Assembly: GCA_965645245.1 (NCBI GenBank)
Contig: OZ287073.1
Coordinates: 1,364,001-1,428,000 of the forward strand
Direction of reading: 5' to 3'
Source: Massalongia carnosa
Taxonomy: Eukaryota
Length of the DNA stretch: 64,000 nucleotides
The translations under genes were made by a program, and so were the position numbers. Under the pieces are notes generated by a model that had not been told where the DNA came from, ran no database searches, and saw only the letters and a list, made by a program, of their open reading frames with translations. Each line of letters starts with the position of its first letter. Within the stretch, counting starts at the first letter, position 1. Shown one piece after another: positions 27,501-37,769 of the stretch.

Positions 27501-28148
27501 CTAGCAATTGCAAAACTTCGAGCAGGCCATCATAGGTGCGTCGCTTGATGCCTTCTTTATCACACCAGAGACCGAGAGCCAGGCAGAAATCCGATATTTC
27601 TCTTCGTACTGGGCGGGAGGGCACCCGGATCTCATCATCAATCGTGCTTTTAGGGTAGAAGGGGCAAACTCGTTGAAAGACTCGCAGGTGTCTGTGCTTT
27701 CTATATTAAAGTCCGCGAGCTGATTGGATGGCAATTTCATGATAGCATTTGAAGAAATTAAGCTGACAGCAAAGGCCGATGTATCAGCTATTGAAGCAGG
27801 CCGAGTATGAACGTTTTGAAACTCTTCATCAGTTTCCCGCTCATAATCATTATTTTTATCGAAAACCGTCTCTATATCGGCTGGCAAATTGTCTTGAACG
27901 TGTTGTTCAGGAACTTGGTTAGACGATGGTTGGATTTTATTGAGATTCTTTATGGTTCGCTTCTTATGCGCCATTGTCATTCGTTCTGAACTCTGGGTCT
28001 GCTTTTGCTTCTCATGAATATGTACAGAATTGTGTTGATATGAAGAACCGGCTTGCGTAGACCCATGGCCAGGGGAGTATCGGTTGACTTTTGGAAGGCA
28101 GTGGGTTGGCCCGTGGGACACTGCTCTGAACAGTGGATGCTGGAACAA
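24532..28148 (-). pseudogene. DDE transposase of CMC (EnSpm/CACTA, Plavaka-like) type, split by about 5 frameshifts
   Basis: Joined ORFs give FIDDFGLYRN (D1), LGDMKQQ (D2), CCRFC (C2C), DPAHSE (DxxH), PNFHIGMH (H3H) and YGVLWNVNVLFGEDKH (E). The C-terminal LHIGDFLRL..AQLRQIYTH..VFLW segment resembles a BAH-like beta domain. True start uncertain. Confidence 0.8.
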
Positions 28149-28533
28149 TCAATGCCTTTTCCTCAAGAGGAGGACCCTGAAAACTGAAATCATCAAGGTC
28201 GGGTTTATTCAGACTGATATGAAGAAGGCTTACTGCTGGAACGGTTGAAGCAGTGTCGATGGTTTATGCTTTCTTCTCTTTCTCAAAACATGACCTTCGT
28301 CGAGCATCATATTCTCCGTCGCATCATCCTGATATACGCAACGAGGCATCTTGTCTCATAACTGAGCTTAATTCTGTGTACAGGTGAGGTATTCTCATGA
28401 AGAATCACTTGTGCGTTGATATTTTAGTTCTTAGGGCTTTAGCACACTATTTCAGAACATTAGCATTCGTCTTTACTGCTTCGCGCTTTCTTCCGATTGC
28501 ACTATCATTAATGCTGATATCACAAATACAATC

Positions 28534-29452
28534 ATGAACGTATCACCGTCAAATGAAGAGGTCCTTGAACCTTTAACGCAAGCCGAAACACAATTAGGAT
28601 CAATAGCGGCAGAAATATCAACCAAAAAGACGCGGAGAAGACAGGCCATTACCTCCGAATGGAAATTAATAGCCATGCGAATGGAGGCTTCTTTGCGGCC
28701 ATTTGCGCTGCGTTATGGCAAGCTGGACGCAGATCAAATAGCGCACATCGTTCGAAACGCAATAAGAGAAGACGTAGATGAGGAAGACATATATTTCAGG
28801 AAGGGAGTCACCAAGGCGCAATCCAACGTTTCAACGTGGAAACATCGCTCTCTAGAGTGTATGAAAGTATGTAGCTTGCTATTAGTGTTTATACTCGACT
28901 TCTAACTGTTTTTAGGACTACATACAGTCTGCTATCATGAGAGCCAACCTATGGCTGCTGGAATCCAAGCATGACTCGAGCAGGCTATTCAAAGCCTTTG
29001 CACAGCAATATAATCATCATAATGCTGAGACAGTCTTTCCATGGGCAGCTAAAACTTTGATGTTCCACGAGTCTTCAAAGAAGGGTGCAATGCCTCGAGA
29101 GCCAAATGGATTAAAGGTAAGTGACAAGGCATACGAAAACTGATGGAATTTACATATTGATATGAAACAAGTATATTTTTTAAATCTCGCTGTCAAGACG
29201 AAATTGTACTTAGACGCACCCAGAGCCGAAGGCACAGATCGAATTTCTCTTTTAGAGTTTTACGATACATTTCCTCAAATGGCAAAATATCAAAAAATTA
29301 AGCCACATCATTTCAAATTGAAACCAGCTCGGGCAAAATGCCTAAGAAAGGAATCGTCGAATAATCCAGAGATGGAGGAATTTGGCGCTATCATGGATGC
29401 GATGGAGGTCACCGAGGCCGAGGACGAAGATGAGGACGGTTTTAGTTCCTGA
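28534..29452 (+). CDS. Element-borne gene 3: small (about 270 aa) spliced protein of unknown function with an acidic C-terminus, divergent from the transposase
   Basis: ORFs 28534-28905, 28937-29143 and 29162-29452 linked by GTATGT..TAG (about 28867-28915, CTAAC branch) and a GTAAGT intron from 29117. May carry a frameshift. Confidence 0.6.
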
Positions 29453-29820
29453 ATATTTGCTCTTTGTACTAGTATGAAGAAAAGAAGTTTTACTTAGAGT
29501 TGTTGGTGCAGCCACATTTAGCCTCAGGTTTGTTCTAGATAGCTGATAGCTTGATCGAAGAAAATGTTTTATTTGCACTCGGCTCTAACACAAATAAAAA
29601 CTTGAGATCATCATGTCGACCAAATATTACCCTGTCACCGTGTTTAAAGCACTCCTGACTCAGAAGAATCTTGAGCTAGTCTGATGAAAATCTTCAAACC
29701 ATGATCGTCTTGAGATTCTGTTGTAAGAAACATGTTATAAGATATTTTACTTATGATGCTTTCTTGACTGACGTAGTCACTTAGTAGATAGACTATGACA
29801 AGAACGTTCTAGTGGATAAT

Positions 29821-29852
29821 ATCTTGAGACCACCGAATACCCCAACCGCCCT
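29821..29852 (-). repeat. Right terminal inverted repeat of the 9.6-kb element
   Basis: ATCTTGAGACCACCGAATACCCCAACCGCCCT followed by TTA. Confidence 0.85.
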
Positions 29853-30079
29853 TTATGCTACTTTGGAGTTAGTATGAAGCCCTTTTCCTTTGCGTCTATG
29901 TAAATTTACTTTCGCTTGAAAGATGACGGTCAATCACATGACCTTCTTCCTAGTACTTCGTACTGAAGCTTTAACCTTCGTCATAGATTACTAGACTTTG
30001 CGCTATTGTTTTTTTGAATCGCGTCCTCTTACCAACGCGCTTCCGCCATGGGAAAATCATGTACTCTTGATCTATTGAT

Positions 30080-33024
30080 ATGTTTAGCTCGAAGTCTCAA
30101 AGTTTAGTTGCATCAGAGTATCAGCTGGACTCTTGCTACCCCCAAGATATTCTAGGTCCTCTCTCGCCCGCCTCAATCAATACCAAGTTTACTATAGATC
30201 AACCTGCGCGCAAACGCAAACATGAAGAAATTTCAAAGAATACTATGGCCTTAGAGCCATTGATTATACAGGTTGGTTTAAATATCCAGCTTTCGTCTGA
30301 AAACCATGCTGACGACAATGCCACTGCTGAAGCCCCCGTCGCTGTCTCCATTGCAAGAAACCTTGAGATTAGCACCACAACTGTTGATATCTCGCTCCTG
30401 TTTACCACTTGCCTCACTTGACCAAAATGGAACCCCTGGAGCTCTAGAGAGTAACAGACTCTTCTCCGCACATATTTCAGCGCTTGAGGAAGGGTACCTT
30501 CCAGGTTCACATTCCTCCCAGCAAACAATTCTCATTGCAGCGTCGGATATGGGAAAATTTCTCTATGCAGTGGAACGGGTAAGACATGGTGTGTATGCGT
30601 TGTGCCGGTTAGCTACATGGGTCACTTTAAAAGAACTCAAGCGAATGAAGGATGATTCTACCCCACGGTCAAAAACCACAAGCACTCAACGGGCCGCTTT
30701 ATCCGGGAATGAGTGGTGGCATGTTTCGGCAATTGAAGAGGGCGTGGTTTCTCGATATAATGAACCTGAGAGGGGGGAGCTAGCAGGCTCTGAAGGGTTC
30801 CGATTATGCATGAAACCACCAGATGCTGCTATTCGTTTAGCTACTGCTCTGGTCGAGAACCCTTCATTAATGGCAAATCCCGGGGAAGCGCCAAGTACAT
30901 TTAATACCGCGCTAAATGATTCGATATCGCAGCAAGCGACCCACGATCCTGACGATACTTTTGGTATGATAAGAGCTCAGTACCAGGAGGCGCTATATAT
31001 GTCACAGGTAGGCGATACCTGCCTCCCCCTTTATCTTAGATATATACTGATTTGTAAAGGCATCTCTGGCATATTTTGCAAAAGGACCATTATCACGAGC
31101 GCGCGCCTTATTCATCAATAGTGATTCGCTATCAATGGATGGACTTGATCTTCCTGAGTATTTGAGGACCTGCATCTTAAGTCTTCCGACGATGGATAAG
31201 AAATACCGCGAGACTCTCCCCATTTTAGTGAGTGAGCTTCCTTTGGGGGTTTTCTCTGAAAACGAGAATGAGGCCATTTCTGCAACCCTACGCAAGAGAT
31301 CTCGAAAATCAAAGAAAAGTAAAATTGGAAAAGATGGTCTTTATCCTGGAGAGGAACTAAGCATAGTTCGATGGTGGCTCAACAGGGGCACGTCGACGGA
31401 AGGTGTAGAGTTGCTTGAAGGTAGAGAGGAGCTTATACGAAAGAGACTCCTGGCGCAAAGGGCACGGGAAACCCAACTACAGATTATTCTCGTGCTTGAG
31501 ACTCTTGCGCTCGAAGTATCGAAGCTAGAGAAAACTATGAAGAGTATTCCAATAAAGGCTGAAAGAGGACTACCTTCATTAGAAAAGAAGCAAAAAACAA
31601 GGAAGTTACAAGATCTCCATTTATTGCTGGACTTGTTGGTCGACAGGTTGTGTATATGGCAGTCAATGGACTCAGAAACAGATGGATTATCGATGAATCA
31701 AGATATCTTAGCTTCGCAGATGACGTGGAGAGCGCCAATCCAAGCTCCAAAGGTCAATGTTTTACGCAATTTATGCATTGAAGTCATACTTCCTTTGTAA
31801 GCTCAATTCCTAGTTTCGGTTGCTAGTGCCGACTGACTTTGTAGTTACTATGCACGTCTACCTGATTTGTCTAGTCAGCTATGTCAAAAGCTTGGAGGAC
31901 CTAAGCCTCCTTCGCCCGCACGACCCTCATTGCGCAAGGCTGCTACTTCGTCACAGGTAATGCATAAACCAGGTGCAGTAGCGCAACGTCCGCCAGCGCG
32001 GCGGCCTCGGCGGACGTTAGAGCTGGTCTTGACTGAAGAAAGATCGGCATCTCAAAATCCTCCGCCATTGCTCTCACGATCTGCGACCGACTCCGCTTTG
32101 CCCCGTTTGAAAAGGGAGGTCAGTGAGGTATCCTTATCTTCAATACTGCCAAATGCCACAGCTATCTCAAAGTCCCGCCGTTACAGTCAACGAGAAGTGG
32201 ATCTCAGTGTGGTATCTCAAGCTTATGAAGCAAAGATTAAGAAGAAAGCCAGCGTGGAGCAGGAGTTGCATGGTGCCATCGCTGCTTTGAAACGGCCTAA
32301 TCCTCGTCTGGCGGTCAAAGAGCTTTTGGAGGCTGCAGAGAAGAGGGTAGCTGGGTCGAATCTGCGGAGTAAGTATCTGGGAAGCCTCTTAGGAAGTATT
32401 TACTGATCTTATGCAGAGCTGAAGAATCCGGCGCGAAATCCTTTTGCTCAGGGCGTGCAGGTCATGGCGACGCCGAAAGGCAACAGACAGAAGGACGTAT
32501 TCCGTGGTCTGCCTTGTCGCTTTCAACCATACAGAGCAAACTTACCAGAGGTCGACGAGGTTCCGCCGTCTAGCGCTCTCCGCTTCATTTCCGCTACTCC
32601 CAATAGCTGCAGGAGTAGATTAGGGGGATCCCAAAAGAGCGTCTTGCCCACAATCGAGCAAACGCCTTCCCGTGGTCCGTCAAAGCATATTAGGCCCTGT
32701 AGAAATGTATCCCTAAGTGCAACGCAGCCTGATGGGCTTCCTCCACCGGTTATGACACCAACAAAGCCGACGCATCCAACCAAACCACCTGCAACTATGA
32801 ACACCAATCACGGTGTCAGCCTTGGTACAGGATCAAAGCCTAACCCATTCTTTCAGATACATGAGGGCTTACATAACGAACTTGAAGATACTCCGATTAA
32901 GAAGGGAACTACTATGCCTGCTAATACATACTCTAAGCCTACTCCCTTGGTTCCCGGAGATGAAAACGTTAGATCTATATATGAAAACTTGGGCTGGGAA
33001 GATGAGGTCGATGAGGCGATGTAA
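30080..33024 (+). CDS. SLD3: DNA replication regulator Sld3
   Basis: Five exons. Sld3-like blocks LYAVERVRHGVYALCRLATWV, IRAQYQEALYMSQ-ASLAYFAKGPLSRARA, RETQLQIILVLETL, LLDLLVDRLCIWQ, IAALKRPNPRLAV, and a C-terminal SIYENLGWED. Confidence 0.85.
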
Positions 33025-33503
33025 ACGATAGCCTGTTACATTGAGCGTTGCCACTGGCTTAAGGCATTTGGATTTCATGTTTTCCGTCCCAGCGTTTTGC
33101 ATTATGGAGGTAGAGGCAATAATGATGAATGAAGCATGATGAGACATTTACGTTAAGTTGCGAAGCTGTTTGAGGAGATTATAGCGTAGATTTCATGTAC
33201 ATCGCACGCAGACTCCCAACCGCTCTCTACCTTATTTTTGCTCCTGAGTTCAGGCAAGATATTTACAGTGCGAATGAACATACGTGGTGATGCCAGTGTT
33301 ATGCAGTCTTCTGCTATTTAGTTCAACCCTGGCACCCTGGGTGGCCTGGCCAGCATCACTTTTGTTGTATAACCTCAACTTTCACTCGTTTGTAACTGAT
33401 TGCAAACCACACAAACTTGGGTCGTAACGATGTTCGCCATTCTCAGATAACTTCTCCCACCCAGTCGCCTTGCCTTAACTGAACCTCCTCCCACTCTTCT
33501 AAC

Positions 33504-34528
33504 ATGCCTACTCGCAAGAGCAACATATCCCAAGTCGCAACGACTGGCGATGAGACTACCCCTTCTAAAGAAATAGATGGAGTCAATATCGAAGTAAATG
33601 ATACCATTGTCTCTCTCTCTCTTCCTCCCCCAAATCTATTCAATGGGAAAATTTTTCTGTCGTTACCGTGTCTCTGATCCTCCTTGAAGTCGAACTCATA
33701 CAGCCACTACTCACCCACTAATCTCTCTCATTGCAGGATCTCTCCCTCCCCCGCACCATGGTCCAACGTCTCGCCAAAGGCGTTCTCCCGCCGAACACCC
33801 AGATACAGAAAGATGCCATTACGGCCATGAGCAAAGCAGCCACGGTGTTTGTAAATTATCTAGCTCAATCGTATCCCCGCCCTTTCTTTTCAAATTCATT
33901 CACCAACCCCTTTTGTCCCTCAATCTTCGCTCGTCTAACCTTATTGTTTCCCCTCAAAATAAGAGCCAATACTTCCCTCACCATGGGCAACCGCAAGACC
34001 ATCTCGCCCGAAGCCGTTCTCGACGCGCTCGCCGAGAACGAGTTCGAAGACTTCCTCCCCCGCGTGCAGGCTGAGTTGCGACGCTTCAACGAGGTGCAGA
34101 CCGGCAAACGGAACGAGTACCGCCGCAAACTCAAGGAGAAGGAAGTCACCGAGCATGAGGCTGGTGGGATTGGGGTGGAGAAGGGGCCTGAAGACGGAGA
34201 TGGGGAGAGGGCGGCGAAGCGGGTGCGGAGGGAAGATGGAGGGGTAGGCACGAACGGTATTGCGACTGGAAAGGAGGCAGCGGTGGGAGAGGAGGAGGGA
34301 GAGGAGGAAGAAATAGAAGAGGATGGGGGGAAAGATGATACGGTAGGGAACGAGGGGGGTGAGGAGGAAGAGGAGGAGGAGGAGGAGGAGGAGGATGAGG
34401 GTGCATCAGGCGATGAACGGGACGCGCCAGATCTAGATGATGTTGACAATGCGGATCTAGACGAGCGGGCGGGAGGGGGGGAGGAGGAGGAGGAGGAGGA
34501 TGGCAGTAGTGACGATAATAGCGAATAA
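33504..34528 (+). CDS. DPB4: Histone-fold (CBF/NF-Y) protein, DNA polymerase epsilon subunit D, with acidic tail
   Basis: Exons 33504-33593, 33737-33870, 33964-34528. DGVNIE-DLSLPRTMVQRLAKGVLPPNTQIQKDAITAMSKAATVFVNYL..RKTISPEAVLDAL. Confidence 0.88.
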
Positions 34529-34969
34529 AAGCTCCTGGAGCTTACTTTCACGGAGGGGAGGGGTTCGGATTTTGCTGCGATTTTCTCTATAAGGTCTCAC
34601 AGATACGCAGATGAAGGCTCCCTTTAAAGAGAACTCATTAGTCTCCCCATCCATCCACCTCTCCCATTTTCGTATCCACGTCTCTCTCACCCCCCTCCCC
34701 GTCCATTCCCCTCACCCCCTTCTCCATCTCCTCTCCTCTCTTCCAATTCATCCCCTCCCTCCTTTCTTCTTCCTCCCCGGATCCATCCCCGTCCTATTCT
34801 ACCTCTCCTCTTCAGACCGAACTTTGGGGAGGCTGTTCTTTCTGAAAACGGCATTTGGCTGAACGGAACTAGTAATGATAAGTGATGGATTGGAGAAAGA
34901 GGATTGAAGAAGTGTTTATTAAAGAGTTATCGATAACGATCTTCCGGGGTTCCGATCTAACAAGCCCCT

Positions 34970-36650
34970 TCACGACACCTCCATGCCCTCCTCCCAGGCC
35001 CCCTCATTCCCATCATCATCGCCCCACAGTCCCTCCAGTCTAAACTCCTTCGCCCATCCCTCCACTACCTTCCTCTCCCCCACCCCTTCCCCCCTATCCT
35101 CCGGATCTGTCGGCGCCTCCACCCACCCCTGAATGCGTCCATCCCGCCAATCGCTCAGCACACTCATCGCCGCGCTGCTCAAGTTCGGCACTCCTCCTTT
35201 GCCCAAGCGGCCACGCTTGCGCGCGACCTGCACAAGGAAATCGGTCGTGGGGTCGCCGTCGCGTGTGGGGAGGAGGGGGGGGATGCTGTAGGTTTGCAAG
35301 AGGGAGGGAAGGATATTGGGGCGCTGCAAGAGGAGGGTAATGGCGGGGATGGGATCGGTAATTTGTTTGGGGGGAAGGGCTGAGAGGAGGGCTAGGTGGG
35401 CGGCCGTATTGCGAGGTTGGGGGTCAGATGGAGATGAGGGGAAAACAATACCGGGGGAATCCAGCAGTTTGAGTTTGTTGTCTAGTTTGACTTCGCGTAG
35501 GCAGGTGGTGATTCCAGCTTCGGCGCCGGTGGGACAGGCGAAGCGCGACGATGAGGCGGAGTTGCCGCTAAGGCGAGCGGTAAGGGCATTGATGACAGAT
35601 GATTTGCCGACGTTGGGGTAACCGATGACACCAACGGTGATGCTGCGTTTGAGTTGCTGAGAATTGGCGTAGGTTTTCAGAGTGCGGAGGAGCGTTTCAC
35701 TAGTGGCTTTCTGGGTAAGGGATTTATGGTCAAAGGTGCGGGCATTCGGGGCCGGATGGCTGGCTCGGAGAGGGAGCGTGGGGAAGGAGCGACGAAGATG
35801 AAGCAGCCAGGATTTCAGAACCGGCGGAGGGACGAGGTCGATTTTGTTGAGGATAAGGATAAGCCGTTTGGAGCCGGCATCTGTGGCTCTGATTTGATGT
35901 TCGACTTCTCGAGAGCGTGTGCCGTTCGGGTCGCGAGCGTCAAGGACGTAAAGAATTATGTCGGCGGAAGAGAGAACGCTTTTGAATGTTTTGTCATATG
36001 CGCGTCGGGATGATTCGTGGGATTGTGGGGCTGATGATATGGTGAGATCGTCATTAGTGTCGATGTCGATGCCGCCATCAAATACATCTTCCTCCATCGC
36101 ATCGCCTTCTTCATCTATAGCCTCATCGTATTCTGCTGCCCGGGCTCTGGCTGATGCTAGAAGAGCGCCCATTGGGTTGGCCGACTCGCTGCCGGAGTTC
36201 TCGTCCATATCCTCATCTTCAACAGAAACCTCATTGTCGCCATCTTCTGCGCCCAGGGCTTTAGACTCTGTTTGCGCAGTTGCTTTGTTTTCTTTTCCCT
36301 CTTCTCGCTTTCTCTGAAACTCCTCCTCCTTCAATCGCTTTTTCTCTTCGATCTCATGGAGGAGCTGATCTTTGTAAGGGAACAAATTTGGTATCCCGGG
36401 GTCTTTTTTCAGCCGTGACCTCCATTCTGGATTCTAAAAAAACTGTTAATGGATTCTGAGTTTGCCGAGAATTCCAGACGTACGCTCTTGGCAAGCTTTC
36501 TTTGCTTTCGTTGTTTCGCGGCGCTTGCTTTTTCAATCTTGTGGCGTAATCGGACGGGCGTTCGCTTTGACTTGGGTTCTATGGCGATCTTAGTTGGCTT
36601 CGGAATTGAATATTGCTAGAGAGTGACATACTGCCGGGTTTGTTGGTCAT
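34970..36650 (-). CDS. NUG1: Nucleolar circularly permuted GTPase Nug1/Grn1
   Basis: MTNKPG start, KPKSKRTPVRLRHKIEK, KKDPGIPNLFPYKD, VLDARDP, LNKIDL (G4), GYPNVGKSS (G1), DSPG (G3), ARKRGRLGKGGVP. Confidence 0.93.
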
Positions 36651-36932
36651 TGTGGTTTGTGGTTGTGTGGTAGGTATGGCTAGAATTTGACCACACAAGC
36701 TCGAAATAGAAAAAACTTTGTGGGCTTGATAATGCCAAGACTTTGCAGCGCTAGTTACGTAAGTTGAGTAGCCGAATCTTTGGATCACGTGATTAGCACC
36801 ACGCCTTATCCGAACACATCATTCGTTGCATTTATATCCCAAGCTTTTATTCATTACGAAAAGGTCGATCTTTTTCAATACAAAGTTTGATTTGGCCTTC
36901 AGATACTGATAGAGCTCCTTACGCTACTCGTC

Positions 36933-37769
36933 ATGCCTTTAAATGGTCAAACAACAGCGTTTACAACGCATTCGTTTGCTGGAATCCTCCTCGATCTGGA
37001 CGGAACGATAGTTGACAGCACAGATGCAATTGTCAAGCACTGGCACAAGTCAGTTAACACCTGTGCTTTGAGGGAAATGTGATTGCAATGACTTCATTGC
37101 TCAAATTTCACAGATTAGGCAAGGAACTGGGTGTAGATCCCGGTGTGATTCTCAAAACCTCCCATGGCAGGAGATCGATAGATACCCTTCAGCTGTACGA
37201 ACCCAGCAAAGCTAATTGGGAATGTCAGTAAAACGTCTCCTTTGTTGTGCAAAAGTGGCAAATCTAGCTGAGTGAGTCTAGACGTTAGTCATGTTGAAGG
37301 CCTGATTCCTAAGCAGTATGGCCAAGATGCTCTTGAAGTCCCTGGTGCGAGAAAGCTACTAGCTTCCCTTGAAGCAGGCGGCGCACGATGGGCGATCGTC
37401 ACATCAGGCACGCTGGCCCTTGCTACTGGTTGGCTAGAAGTGATGAAAATGTCTCAACCCAAGCATATGGTGACAGCGGAAGACGTGACGGCAGGAAAGC
37501 CAGATCCCGAGAGCTATCTCCTCGGCAAATATCGGCTAGATCTGAGCGCGGATAGGGAGGTTTTAGTGGTGGAGGATGCCCCGGCTGGCATTCGCGGTGG
37601 AAAACTCGCGGGCTGCAAGGTCATTGGGCTAGCTACTACGCACGATATCGCGCAATTGAAAATGGCAGGCGCAGATTGGATTGTCCAAGACCTCCAAAGC
37701 GTGAAATATGTGGGAACAAAAGAAGGAAACGGAGACGTCACGATTGAGATTTGGAACGTACTCGAATGA
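36933..37769 (+). CDS. GPP1: HAD-superfamily phosphatase, glycerol-3-phosphate phosphatase-like
   Basis: LLDLDGTIVDST (motif I), SHGRRSID, WAIVTSGT (motif II), GKPDPE, VVEDAPAGI. Two introns. Confidence 0.85.

Larger units (their letters stand above)
20264..29852. mobile_element. ~9.6-kb TIR DNA transposon carrying a CMC/EnSpm/Plavaka-like transposase and two unknown genes
   Basis: Left end AGGGCGGTTGGGGGTTTTCGG..TGGTCTCAAGAT; right end (reverse complement) AGGGCGGTTGGGGTATTCGGTGGTCTCAAGAT. TTA lies immediately outside both ends (20261-20263 and 29853-29855). Confidence 0.85.

Noticed and set aside
20264..29852. Starship, PiggyBac/Kolobok or Harbinger assignment for the large element
   Set aside because: No tyrosine-recombinase captain. 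The right flank is TTTA rather than TTAA, so a 3-bp TTA TSD fits better. The transposase lacks Harbinger DDE_Tnp_4 motifs.
33865..34551. 228-aa Ser-rich antisense ORF
   Set aside because: Shadow of the GAG-rich acidic tail of DPB4.
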